DNA of 64,000 nt from Chromatiales bacterium (GTDB lineage Bacteria > Pseudomonadota > Gammaproteobacteria > Chromatiales > Chromatiaceae), in assembly GCA_050049775.1 (NCBI GenBank), contig JASFVP010000005.1:32896-96895 (forward strand), written 5' to 3'. Positions within the stretch are counted from its first letter, which is position 1, and each line of letters begins with the position of its first letter. The notes under the pieces were generated by a model, which had not been told where the DNA came from, did no database searches, and saw nothing but the letters and a program-made list of their open reading frames with translations. The position numbers were made by a program, and so were the translations under genes. Positions 21,635-31,250 of the stretch are shown piece by piece.

Positions 21635-22174
21635 TCATCTACGCAATCTCTCTATACGTCTCTTCGCAGATTCATATTCTTGCTTTGCGTCTCTTAACTT
21701 TTGCCTTGTCATCTTAATATTCTGTTCTGCTTCTATGAGAAACTCTCTTAAATCCACAGTACCCTCTTTTTCTCTTTCGGTGCGTCTATATTGCTTTCTT
21801 AGACTGTCAAACTCTCTATATCTCTCGTTAAACTCCGATTGAAGTGATTCTAGTTTTTTCTTCAATATGGAGAGCGTATTATCTTTGGCCTCATTTTTTA
21901 TCTGAGCCACAAGAGCTTCATCGAACAAATTACCTAATCGGTTTCTGTGTTGCTTGGTATAGAGCTTCGTTTCCTCTTTGGTCATTACATTTTTAGGTCT
22001 CTCTGGGGGCGGAGCATTTCGTGATGTCAAATGCCAACCATTTCCACCCTCGCAGGGGTAAACTGTGATAGCCACGCCATCATCTTTTCTTAGTTCAGCC
22101 ACCTTTTCGGCTTCTTCTTTCGTTTTATATTTTTTCTTTATATTTCCGTTGTGGTCGGAGCAACATTGCCTCAT
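21635..22174 (-). CDS. Hypothetical Cys-rich / coiled-coil protein (AT-rich segment next to the R-M system)
   Basis: 179 aa. N-terminal CCSDHNGN...YPCEGGNGWH putative zinc-ribbon followed by a long charged coiled-coil. Low GC. Confidence 0.4.
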   Translation of the reverse strand: MRQCCSDHNGNIKKKYKTKEEAEKVAELRKDDGVAITVYPCEGGNGWHLTSRNAPPPERPKNVMTKEETKLYTKQHRNRLGNLFDEALVAQIKNEAKDNTLSILKKKLESLQSEFNERYREFDSLRKQYRRTEREKEGTVDLREFLIEAEQNIKMTRQKLRDAKQEYESAKRRIERLRR

Positions 22175-22414
22175 GACTTATCTTGCCTGACTTCAATAAC
22201 CTATCCAAAGCACACAAAACCCAACAGTGAATGCTGAGAGTTTCGCCGATTCCCGTTCACACACAACATTAAATTACATAGACGATATCCTAACTGAGAT
22301 AGACAGCGTTTATCTACAGACAATATCTACGGTGATACGCAGTAAAATCCAATATGCTTTTGATTTTATTTGGTTATTTTCTCCAAAATCGTCGTCTGCA
22401 GGATAACCCAGCGA

Positions 22415-23317
22415 TCAATGGCTGTTAATAACCTTCAAACAAATCCCGGCCGCTGCCGTCCTGTTATCCACCTCAAGCTTACGAAAAATCACTTCCAGAT
22501 GTTTGTTTACGGTACGTGGGCTGATGTCGAGGATCTGGGCGATCTCCCGGTTGGTCTTGCCGTGTGACAGCCAGAGCAGTACTTCCGCTTCCCTCTGTGT
22601 AACCGGTAAATGTTCGGTGAGCACCTGGGTGTTTTTGCCGGGTTCGCGTTCCGCCAGCTGTACGAGGTGATGCTGGTCTTTCTGGGCGGACAGGTAGGTA
22701 AGTTGAATCGTGGTGTCGTCCTGTTTGAAGACCAGCGGGCTTCTTTCGTCTTTTTGTTCCAGCCAGTTTTGCAGGCGTTGCTGGAATGTATCCTGGTTTT
22801 CGGCTTCCAGCGTTTTGATGGTGTCGAGCAGTTTCTTGGCCTGCTGGGTTGCCCAGACGATGTCGCCTTGCTGGTTGAGTTCGAGAATGTGTTTGCCGGT
22901 GGTGTCCAGCGCGTCCTGGGTGCTGGCTTTTAATCTGGCATTGTTCACATGCACCTGGATGCGGGCGATGACTTCACTCGGTTTGATCGGCTTGGTGATG
23001 TAGTCAACGCCGCCGGCGGCAAAACCGGAGACGATGTTTTCTTCATCGCTGAGCCCGGTCATGAAGATGACCGGGATATCCGGATGTGTTTGTTTGATGA
23101 GTTTGCAGGTCTCGAAGCCGTCCATCTCGGGCATGACGGCATCCAGCAGGATGACGTCGGGTTCGACCTTGTCGAGGATCGATTGCGCCTGCAGACCGCT
23201 GAGCGCGACCAGTACGGTGTAACCGGCCTGGCCGAGGGCGATGTTCAGCATGCCGAGCGATTCGGGCGAATCGTCCACGACGAGTACGACGGTGCTGATT
23301 GAAGTGGTGTCATTCAT
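22415..23317 (-). CDS. Response regulator, REC plus LuxR/FixJ-type HTH with an uncharacterised middle domain
   Basis: N-terminal receiver (VVDDSPE...D...T...K). C-terminal HTH (LSHGKTNREIAQILDISPRTVNKHLEVIFRKL). Overlaps the stop of the upstream hybrid kinase. Confidence 0.8.
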   Translation of the reverse strand: MNDTTSISTVVLVVDDSPESLGMLNIALGQAGYTVLVALSGLQAQSILDKVEPDVILLDAVMPEMDGFETCKLIKQTHPDIPVIFMTGLSDEENIVSGFAAGGVDYITKPIKPSEVIARIQVHVNNARLKASTQDALDTTGKHILELNQQGDIVWATQQAKKLLDTIKTLEAENQDTFQQRLQNWLEQKDERSPLVFKQDDTTIQLTYLSAQKDQHHLVQLAEREPGKNTQVLTEHLPVTQREAEVLLWLSHGKTNREIAQILDISPRTVNKHLEVIFRKLEVDNRTAAAGICLKVINSH

Positions 23318-26300
23318 GGTTATTGATATCGTCTAACGATTTGATCAGGGCGGGGAAGTTACAGCTCGCCACCTGGGCATTGAGTTTTTTCAGCAACTCA
23401 GGCGGCATGGCTTTTTGCTGCTCAATGGTGGAGAGCTTTTCCTTTAGCGCACTGAGGAAGCCGATCTCGGCCAGGCTTTTCAGCTCCTTTAGTGTTTGCA
23501 CTGAGACTGCCAGCGGCTTATCACCGTTTGCGTCTGAACGTTCAGGCATTGCCTGATCGTTCGCGTACAGCCAGTCCAGCGACAGGTTGTCGCCGATCTG
23601 GTCGAGCAACTGGTTAAACTGCACCGGCTTGGACAAATACGCCTGATAGCAGGAGGTGTAGTTGTCGTGCTGAATGTTTCGGGTGTTGGCTGACAGCATG
23701 ATCACGGGTTTCCTGTTGTTGTCCTGCCGGAGTTTTTCGCACAGTTGCAGGCCGCTGAGTCCGGGCATGGAGACATCGAGTATGAACAGGTCGATGTCGC
23801 TGTCGCCCTGGACAAACTCGAGGCAGCTTTCCGCGCTGTCGAGTGAATGGATGTTGAAATCCAGTGCGCCAAGGAATTCCTTTAACAGCTGGCGGTGCTG
23901 GTATTCATCATCCACCACGACGATGTTTTTACGCTCGCCATGGTAGCCGATGATCTGCCGGTACTGCGACTGGCCCGTGGTGGTGTGTTTGTTGATCTGT
24001 GACAGGGCCAGCGTCAGGGTGAAGATCGAGCCTTGCCCCGGTGCGCTCGTTACTGTGATATCACCGCCCATGAGTTCGGCCAGCAAGCGGGCGATGGCCA
24101 GCCCCAGGCCGGTGCCGGTCACCAGGTTGGTTGCCGAGCGAATGCGTTCGAAAGGTTCAAAGATGCGCTGCTGGTCTTCCGTGGCAATGCCGTCACCGGT
24201 GTCGCTGATGATGAACTTGGCGATCTGGTGACGATACTGAACCGTGAAATTCACTTCGCCCCGGGTGGTGTATTTCACCGCATTGGAAAGCAGGTTGATG
24301 AGCAACTGGCGCAGCCGTTTCTGGTCGATGCTGATGAACTCGGGCAAATGCTCCGAACGCGTGTAGTTGAATTCCAGGCCTTTATTGTTGGCTTGCAGGC
24401 GAAACATATCGGCCAGCTGATCGAGCAGCACGGGCAGGCGCACTTCGTCTTTTTGAAGTTCCAGCCGGCCGGCCTCGATCTTGGAAATTTCCAACAGGCC
24501 TTCAATCAGGTCGGCGAGGTGTTCGCCATTTTGCCGGACCAGGTTGAGCGAGTCCTTGTGCTTGCCGGGAATGTCATCGCTGTTTTCCAGGATTTGCGCA
24601 TAACCGAGGATCACGTTTAACGGCGTGCGCAGTTCATGACTGATGCCGGCCAGGTAGCGGCTCTTGGCCTGGTTGGCGGTCTCGGCAGTTTCCTTGGCTT
24701 CCTGCAGGTAGCGGTAGGTGGTTTCATGCGCGGCGATTTCCTGCTCCAGCAGTTGGGTCTGCTGTTGCGATTCCTGCAGGGCGTGTTTGCGGCTTTCCTG
24801 GCTGAGTACATACAACCAGGTGAAGATGCCGAGCAGAATCAGCAGCAGGAAAAACACCTTGAACAGGATGTCCGCACTCAGTGCCTGTTCGACCAGGCTG
24901 TCATACGGTGTCTGCAGGTAAATCAGGGTCAGGATGCCCAGCAGCACAAAGGTGGCCAGCGACAGGCTGATCAAAAAACGCGTCAATGCCGGGTTCGGCC
25001 TACTGTGCTTGAGTTGCGGGAACAGCCACTGCAATATCGCAAAACCCTGTGCGGGCAGCGTGGCATGCTGGCGACAGCGGTCGGCGCACTGGCTTTCCAG
25101 CGAACAGCACAGCGAGCAGATCGAGGCGCCGGCAAACGCCGGGCAGGTGGTCATGTCTTCGCTATCGAACTGGTTCTGGCAGATGGTGCATTCGCCGGCC
25201 TGGTGCTCTGGCGTCTCGTGCGGGCGGGCCAGGTAAAAGCGGCTGCGGGTCAGCCAGGCGAATAACGGCGCCAGCAGGAACGGCAGGAACAGGGCGATGA
25301 AGGGTGACAGGGCCTGGGCCAGTTGGCCGAACACGCCAAAGTGCGAGGCAATGCCGGTGACCGACGCCAGCATCATCGAACCAAAGCCGACTGGGTTGAT
25401 GTCGTACAGATGCGAGCGGCGAAACTCGATGTGACGCGGGCTTAAGCCGAGTGGCTTGTTGATGACCAGGTCGGCCACCAGCGCGCCCATCCAGGCCAGC
25501 ACAAAAGCGGAGTAGGTTTGCAACACGCTCTCGAGCGCTTCGTAAATACCCAGCTCCATGAGGATCAGCGCGATGCTGACATTGAACACCACCCAGACGA
25601 CACGGCCGGGGTGATAGTGCGTCAGGCGCGAGAAGAAATTCGACCAGGCCAAGGAACCAGCGTAGGCGTTGGCGACGTTGATTTTCAGCTGGCACAGAAT
25701 CACAAACACACTGGCGATGACCAGGGCCACCCAGGGCGAGCCGGTGACAAAATTGAACGCGACCTGGTACATGTGGGTCGGGTCGGAGGCCAGGCTGGCG
25801 TCAACGCCTTGTGCGAACGCGATGTAGGCGAGTAACGAACCGGCCAGCAGTTTCAGGAAGCCGGGCAACACCCAGCCGGGGCCGGACGAGACCAGCGCCA
25901 TCCACCAGCCGCGCCGGTTGTCGGCGGACTTTTGTGGCAGGAAGCGCAGGAAATCGACCTGCTCGCCGATCTGCGCAATCAGCGGAAACAGGATGGCCGC
26001 GGCCGAGCCAAACAGCAGCAGATTGAAACCCTGTTGCTCGGGATGCTCGGCACCGCCGAAATTCACCCAGGCCTGCAGGTCGACCGCTTCATGCTGCACG
26101 ATGTAAACAAAGGGCAGCAGTTGCAGGATCACCCAGAACGGCTGGGTCCAGATCTGGAAGCGGCTGATCATGGTAATGCCGTGGGTGACCAGCGGAATGA
26201 TGACGATGGCGCTGATGATGTAGGCGATCGGCAGTGGAATACCTATTAGTAGATGAATCGCCATCGACATGATGGCGGCTTCCAGCGCGAAAAAGATGAA

Positions 26301-26678
26301 AGTGAATGACGCGTAAATCAGCGAGGAAATGGTCGAACCGATGTAGCCGAAGCCGGCGCCGCGCGTCAGCAGGTCGATATCCACACCGTACTTTGCTGCG
26401 TAGTAGGCGATAGGCAGGCCGGTCAGGAACAGAATCGCACAGACACTGAGGATGGCGTAAAACGAGTTGTCAAAACCGTAGGCCAGCGTGATGCCGCCGC
26501 CCAGCGCCTCCAGCACCAGGAATGACGCCGTACCCAGTGCGGTGTTGGCAATGCGGCCGACCGACCAGCGCCGTGCGCGCTTGGCGGTAAAGCGCAGGGC
26601 GAAATCTTCCAGCGTCTCGTTGGCGACCCATTTGTTATAGGTGCGGTGAGCGCTGTTGATTTGTGGTTCAGACGGCAT
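23310..26678 (-). CDS. Hybrid sensor histidine kinase with N-terminal NCS1 (purine-cytosine/hydantoin permease)-like 12-TM sensor domain, Cys-rich linker, HisKA, HATPase_c, REC and HPt-like tail
   Basis: 1122 aa. Residues about 1-480 resemble NCS1 transporters. A CxxC-rich segment follows, then coiled-coil, H-box (ISHELRTPLN), G boxes, a receiver (VVVDDE...DVSMPG) and a C-terminal helical HPt-like region. Confidence 0.85.
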   Translation of the reverse strand: MPSEPQINSAHRTYNKWVANETLEDFALRFTAKRARRWSVGRIANTALGTASFLVLEALGGGITLAYGFDNSFYAILSVCAILFLTGLPIAYYAAKYGVDIDLLTRGAGFGYIGSTISSLIYASFTFIFFALEAAIMSMAIHLLIGIPLPIAYIISAIVIIPLVTHGITMISRFQIWTQPFWVILQLLPFVYIVQHEAVDLQAWVNFGGAEHPEQQGFNLLLFGSAAAILFPLIAQIGEQVDFLRFLPQKSADNRRGWWMALVSSGPGWVLPGFLKLLAGSLLAYIAFAQGVDASLASDPTHMYQVAFNFVTGSPWVALVIASVFVILCQLKINVANAYAGSLAWSNFFSRLTHYHPGRVVWVVFNVSIALILMELGIYEALESVLQTYSAFVLAWMGALVADLVINKPLGLSPRHIEFRRSHLYDINPVGFGSMMLASVTGIASHFGVFGQLAQALSPFIALFLPFLLAPLFAWLTRSRFYLARPHETPEHQAGECTICQNQFDSEDMTTCPAFAGASICSLCCSLESQCADRCRQHATLPAQGFAILQWLFPQLKHSRPNPALTRFLISLSLATFVLLGILTLIYLQTPYDSLVEQALSADILFKVFFLLLILLGIFTWLYVLSQESRKHALQESQQQTQLLEQEIAAHETTYRYLQEAKETAETANQAKSRYLAGISHELRTPLNVILGYAQILENSDDIPGKHKDSLNLVRQNGEHLADLIEGLLEISKIEAGRLELQKDEVRLPVLLDQLADMFRLQANNKGLEFNYTRSEHLPEFISIDQKRLRQLLINLLSNAVKYTTRGEVNFTVQYRHQIAKFIISDTGDGIATEDQQRIFEPFERIRSATNLVTGTGLGLAIARLLAELMGGDITVTSAPGQGSIFTLTLALSQINKHTTTGQSQYRQIIGYHGERKNIVVVDDEYQHRQLLKEFLGALDFNIHSLDSAESCLEFVQGDSDIDLFILDVSMPGLSGLQLCEKLRQDNNRKPVIMLSANTRNIQHDNYTSCYQAYLSKPVQFNQLLDQIGDNLSLDWLYANDQAMPERSDANGDKPLAVSVQTLKELKSLAEIGFLSALKEKLSTIEQQKAMPPELLKKLNAQVASCNFPALIKSLDDINNHE

Positions 26679-26799
26679 CGTGGCCAGGCAATGACGGATT
26701 CATGGCGTAAATATTACCGCAATGCGTTGGGCGGGGATTCAGTTTGCGGCCATCTTATTCTGATAGATATAAATGATATGGATATCGAGACAGTTTTTA

Positions 26800-26815
26800 T
26801 ACGTCATATGACGTA
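26800..26815. promoter_or_regulatory. Perfect 16-bp palindrome TACGTCATATGACGTA in the divergent kinase/urtA intergenic region
   Basis: Perfect inverted repeat about 110 bp upstream of urtA and about 120 bp upstream of the kinase start; candidate dimeric regulator operator. Confidence 0.35.
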
Positions 26816-26923
26816 GTCCGCGGGGGCGATTGTCGAATTCTCAAATCAGCGTCAAACACAGAGTATCTGCTGCAGGGTCCGAAACCGGCCTGTCACTCAA
26901 ACCTGAAAATTTTAGGAGTACCC

Positions 26924-28213
26924 ATGAAAAGAACTCTGTTAAATGCCTCGCTGGGCGCCGCCTTGCTGGTGGGTTCGCTGTTCAGCGCCGCCGCGCTGGC
27001 CGCGGTTACGATCAAGGTCGGTGTGTTGCATTCGCTGTCCGGCACCATGGCGATTTCGGAAACCACACTTAAAGACACCATGCTGATGCTTATCGACGAG
27101 CAGAACAAAAAGGGTGGCTTGCTCGGCAAGAAGCTCGAAGCCGTCGTGGTGGACCCGGCCTCCAACTGGCCGTTGTTTGCGGAAAAAGCACGTGAGCTGA
27201 TCGAAAAGGAAAAGGTCGATGCGGTATTCGGTTGCTGGACATCGGTATCGCGCAAGTCAGTTCTTCCGGTCTTCGAAGAATTGAACAGCCTGCTGTTCTA
27301 CCCGGTGCAATATGAAGGTGAGGAATCCTCGAAAAACGTTTTCTACACCGGCGCCGCGCCTAACCAGCAGGCCATTCCGGCGGTGGATTACCTGATGAAC
27401 GAGGTGGGTGTGAAACGCTGGGTGCTGGCGGGTACCGATTATGTGTATCCACGCACCACCAACAAGATTCTTGAAGCCTACCTGAAAGCCAAGGGTGTGG
27501 CCGACAAGGATATCATGATCAACTACACGCCGTTCGGTCATTCCGACTGGCAGTCGATCGTTTCCGATATCAAGAAGTTCGGTTCCGCCGGCAAGAAGAC
27601 CGCCGTGGTTTCGACCATCAACGGCGACGCCAACGTACCGTTCTACAAGGAACTGGGTAACCAGGGCATTTCCGCGCAGGACATTCCGGTGGTGGCTTTC
27701 TCGGTCGGTGAGGAAGAGCTGTCCGGTATCGACACCAAACCGCTGGTGGGTCACCTGGCGGCCTGGAACTACTTCATGAGTGTGGATGCCGAGGTCAACG
27801 ATTCCTTCATCGAAGCCTGGCAGAAATTCATCAAGAGCGACAAGCGCGTCACCAACGACCCGATGGAAGCGCACTACATTGGTTTCAACATGTGGGTTGA
27901 GGCGGTCAAGAAAGCTGGCACCACCGATCCGGCAGCCGTACAGGAAGCCATTATCGGTGTCGCGGTACCTAACCTGACCGGCGGCCTGTCTGCGATGATG
28001 CCGAACCATCACGTCACCAAACCGGTGCTGATCGGCGAGATCCAGGATGACGGCCAGTTCGATGTGGTCTGGAAAACCTCCGGCCTGGTGGCGGGTGATG
28101 CCTGGTCCGACTTCCTGCCGGGTTCCAAAGACATCATCGCCGACTGGCGTGCGCCTTTGTCTTGCGGCAACTACAACGTCAAGACTGCCAAGTGTTCAGG
28201 TCAAAACTTCTGA
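26924..28213 (+). CDS. urtA: Urea ABC transporter substrate-binding protein UrtA
   Basis: 429 aa; signal peptide; LIVBP-type fold with UrtA-characteristic sequence; heads the urtABCDE operon. Confidence 0.9.
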   Translation: MKRTLLNASLGAALLVGSLFSAAALAAVTIKVGVLHSLSGTMAISETTLKDTMLMLIDEQNKKGGLLGKKLEAVVVDPASNWPLFAEKARELIEKEKVDAVFGCWTSVSRKSVLPVFEELNSLLFYPVQYEGEESSKNVFYTGAAPNQQAIPAVDYLMNEVGVKRWVLAGTDYVYPRTTNKILEAYLKAKGVADKDIMINYTPFGHSDWQSIVSDIKKFGSAGKKTAVVSTINGDANVPFYKELGNQGISAQDIPVVAFSVGEEELSGIDTKPLVGHLAAWNYFMSVDAEVNDSFIEAWQKFIKSDKRVTNDPMEAHYIGFNMWVEAVKKAGTTDPAAVQEAIIGVAVPNLTGGLSAMMPNHHVTKPVLIGEIQDDGQFDVVWKTSGLVAGDAWSDFLPGSKDIIADWRAPLSCGNYNVKTAKCSGQNF

Positions 28214-28395
28214 TCAGGGAGGTCTGATCGGCAACCGAACCCACCGGCCGTGTGTCGGCCGGTGGTTCAAACTGCTGCCACATGCGGCTGGCAAAAGAAC
28301 GTCGCCAGCTTTATGTGAGAGTGGTTTTACCAGAGAAGTTTTAAAGAAACCAAAAGGGATCAGTAAATCGCCCGGCTTTTGCCGGCATAAACTGG

Positions 28396-28494
28396 CTCCC
28401 TCTCCCTTCAGGGGAGAGGGTTGGGGTGAGGGGGATGTTCAGTGTTATTCAATCCTCACCCTGGCCCTCTCCCAAACTTGGGAGAGGGGATAGT
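28396..28494. repeat. GC-rich palindromic intergenic repeat, copy 1 (REP/MITE-like)
   Basis: CTCCCTCTCCCTTCAGGGGAGAGGGTTGGGGTGAGGG...CCCTCACCCTGGCCCTCTCCCAAACTTGGGAGAGGGGATAG. Two perfect hairpins with GGGAGAGGG arms. Family recurs at 32789, 33001 and 46199. Confidence 0.7.
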
Positions 28495-28542
28495 CGACCA
28501 ATCCGGCTTTTAGCCGATAGAGTGTTCACGGACGTTAATACA

Positions 28543-30159
28543 ATGAATCGGGTAGTACTTTATCTTTGCTTGTTATTCGGCCTGCTGTTGTCACCGGTAG
28601 TCATGGCCGCCGACATCGATACCGGCGATGCTGAACTCGACCGCATTTTCAATGTGTTGTATTCCGGCTCGTTCGATGACAAGGCGCAGGCTCTGCGCGA
28701 TTTCATGCAGACGCCGGTAGAAAACAAAAAGGCGTTCCTCAATGGCATTGTCGACAAGAGCCTGATGGTGCACAAAAAGACCGGCCGGGTGGTCTGGGTT
28801 GAGGAGCAGGATAATAAATACCAGATGACCGACGCCTTCAATGGCGAAGACCTTGGGCTGGAAAAAACACGCAAGCTGAAAAAGTTTTCTGTCAACAACC
28901 AGCTGCGCAGCCAGATAACGGCATTGATTTCGGTGATTGATCTTGATTCGCCGGACGCGGCAATTCGTCTGGCAGCCGTCAATGAGATGTTGTCGAATCC
29001 GGCACCGGAACATTCCGAACTACTGCAACAACGTTTGGCTACTGAACCAGATAAGGATGTGCAGCAGGCCATGCAGCTTGGCATATCGCTGGCCAACCTC
29101 GGTCATGCGGACAGTGCGGTGCGGCTTGAGGCAATTGCTGCGGTGTCGGAAAGCCTGGAGCCGGCCGTACGCAATGCGCTCAGTCGAATCGTTACTGGTG
29201 ATGAAGATGTAAAGGTCAGGGCGGCGGCTGAGAAAGTGGTGGAGCGCCAGCAGCAGCGCATCAAACAGTTTGGTTATATCGAGACCCTGTTCTTCGGCCT
29301 GAGTCTCGGCTCGGTACTGGTGCTGGCGGCCATCGGTCTGGCGATTACCTTTGGTGTCATGGGCGTGATTAACATGGCGCACGGCGAACTCATCATGCTG
29401 GGCGCCTACACCACTTATCTGTTGCAACAGGCCATGCCGGATTCAGCCGGGCTGGCTTTGCTGATTTCCATCCCGGCCGCGTTTATCGTCTCCGGGCTGG
29501 TCGGTATCGGCATCGAACGCAGCGTGATTCGTTTTCTGTATGGCCGGCCGCTGGAAACCCTGCTGGCGACCTTCGGTATCAGCCTGGTGTTACAGCAACT
29601 GGTGCGCACCGCAATCTCGCCGCAGAACGTGCCGGTTAGCAACCCGGACTGGATGAGCGGCTTCATCCAGGTCAACAGCGTGCTGAGCCTTACCTATAAC
29701 CGCCTGTACATACTGGGCTTCTGCCTGGTGGTGTTCGTGCTGTTGTCGTTTGTGTTGAAGAAAACACGCCTCGGCCTGGAAGTGCGTGCCGTTTCTCAAA
29801 ATCGTTCCATGGCGCGCGCCATGGGTATTCATTCCTCGCGCGTCGATGCGCTGACCTTTGGCCTCGGCTCAGGCATTGCCGGTGTCGCCGGTGTGGCCTT
29901 GTCGCAACTGACCAATGTGGGTCCCAACCTCGGTCAGGCATACATCGTCGACAGTTTCATGGTGGTGGTGTTCGGTGGTGTCGGTAACCTGTGGGGTACC
30001 CTGATCGGTGGTATGACGCTCGGCGTGGTGAATAAATTCATGGAGCCCTGGACCGGCGCGGTACTGGCCAAGATTCTGGTGCTGGTGTTCATCATTCTGT
30101 TCATTCAAAAACGTCCTCGCGGTCTGTTCCCGCAAAAAGGCCGGGCAGCTGAGGGCTAA
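28543..30159 (+). CDS. urtB: Urea ABC transporter permease UrtB (long form with N-terminal periplasmic extension)
   Basis: Start at MNRVVLY, with signal peptide. The GTG at 28426 lies inside the repeat element. N-terminal extension of about 240 aa, then a branched-chain-type permease core. Confidence 0.85.
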   Translation: MNRVVLYLCLLFGLLLSPVVMAADIDTGDAELDRIFNVLYSGSFDDKAQALRDFMQTPVENKKAFLNGIVDKSLMVHKKTGRVVWVEEQDNKYQMTDAFNGEDLGLEKTRKLKKFSVNNQLRSQITALISVIDLDSPDAAIRLAAVNEMLSNPAPEHSELLQQRLATEPDKDVQQAMQLGISLANLGHADSAVRLEAIAAVSESLEPAVRNALSRIVTGDEDVKVRAAAEKVVERQQQRIKQFGYIETLFFGLSLGSVLVLAAIGLAITFGVMGVINMAHGELIMLGAYTTYLLQQAMPDSAGLALLISIPAAFIVSGLVGIGIERSVIRFLYGRPLETLLATFGISLVLQQLVRTAISPQNVPVSNPDWMSGFIQVNSVLSLTYNRLYILGFCLVVFVLLSFVLKKTRLGLEVRAVSQNRSMARAMGIHSSRVDALTFGLGSGIAGVAGVALSQLTNVGPNLGQAYIVDSFMVVVFGGVGNLWGTLIGGMTLGVVNKFMEPWTGAVLAKILVLVFIILFIQKRPRGLFPQKGRAAEG

Positions 30160-30164
30160 GCGCG

Positions 30165-31250
30165 ATGATATTCAACATATTGAAAAAAGACCTGGGTGGG
30201 AAAATCTTTCTGCTGATCTTGCTGGCCGTACTGATTGCAGTGCCGCTGTTGAACCAGTTGCCGCCCGAAAGCCCCTGGCATGTATCGATTTATACCGTGA
30301 CCCTGCTGGGCAAGTACCTGACTTATGCCTTGCTGGCGGTGGCGGTCGATCTGGTGTGGGGTTACCTCGGTATTCTCAGTCTCGGTCACGCGGCCTTCTT
30401 TGCACTCGGTGGTTACGCCATGGGTATGTATTTGATGCGCCAGATCGGTGACCGTGGTGTTTACGGTAACGCGGAGCTGCCGGATTTCATGGTGTTTCTC
30501 AACTGGCACGAACTGCCATGGTTCTGGTATGGCTTTGACAGTTTCTGGTTCGCACTGTTGATGGTGATGGTGTTGCCGGGATTGCTGGCTTTTGTGTTCG
30601 GCTGGTTTGCGTTTCGTTCACGCGTTACCGGTGTGTATCTGTCGATCATCACCCAGGCGCTGACCTATGCCCTGATGCTGGCGTTCTTCCGCAACGAGAT
30701 GGGTTTTGGCGGTAATAACGGCTTGACTGACTTCAAGGACATTCTCGGCTTCAGTCTGCAGGATGACAGTACCCGCATCGGCTTGTTCGTGCTTTCCGGT
30801 ATCGCCCTGGCGCTGGGCTATCTGCTCTGTCGTGCGCTGGTCCGGTCGCGGCTCGGCAAGGTGGCGGTCGCGATTCGCGATGCCGAGGACCGCACGCGCT
30901 TCATCGGTTACCGGGTGGAATACGTCAAGCTTGCCATTTTCACCTTTTCCGCGATCCTGGCGGGCATTGCCGGTGCCTTGTATGTGCCGCAGGTCGGCAT
31001 CATCAATCCCGGTGAGTTTGCGCCGCTCAATTCGATTGAAGTGGTGGTCTGGGTTGCCATGGGTGGGCGGGCGACACTGTATGGTGCCGTGCTCGGTGCG
31101 GTCGGTGTCAACTACGCCAAGACCTGGTTTACCGGTGTGTTCCCCGAGATCTGGTTGTTTGCCCTGGGCGGGTTGTTTGTCGTGGTGACGCTGTTGATGC
31201 CGAAAGGTATTGCCGGTTTGCTGACGCGCAACAAGGCGGATGAGTCATGA
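30165..31250 (+). CDS. urtC: Urea ABC transporter permease UrtC
   Basis: 361 aa LivM-like permease, contiguous with urtB and urtD. Confidence 0.9.
   Translation: MIFNILKKDLGGKIFLLILLAVLIAVPLLNQLPPESPWHVSIYTVTLLGKYLTYALLAVAVDLVWGYLGILSLGHAAFFALGGYAMGMYLMRQIGDRGVYGNAELPDFMVFLNWHELPWFWYGFDSFWFALLMVMVLPGLLAFVFGWFAFRSRVTGVYLSIITQALTYALMLAFFRNEMGFGGNNGLTDFKDILGFSLQDDSTRIGLFVLSGIALALGYLLCRALVRSRLGKVAVAIRDAEDRTRFIGYRVEYVKLAIFTFSAILAGIAGALYVPQVGIINPGEFAPLNSIEVVVWVAMGGRATLYGAVLGAVGVNYAKTWFTGVFPEIWLFALGGLFVVVTLLMPKGIAGLLTRNKADES

Noticed and set aside
28047-28493. ORFs created by the palindromic repeats (28047..28493, 32784..32966, 46247..46732, the N-terminal extension of the 28426 ORF)
   Set aside because: Their coding comes from the GGGAGAGGG/CCCTCTCCC repeat arms (peptides like ...LRGEGWGEG... 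/ ...SPWPSPKLGRGDS...). They recur wherever the repeat occurs, in both orientations: repeat-derived, not genes.
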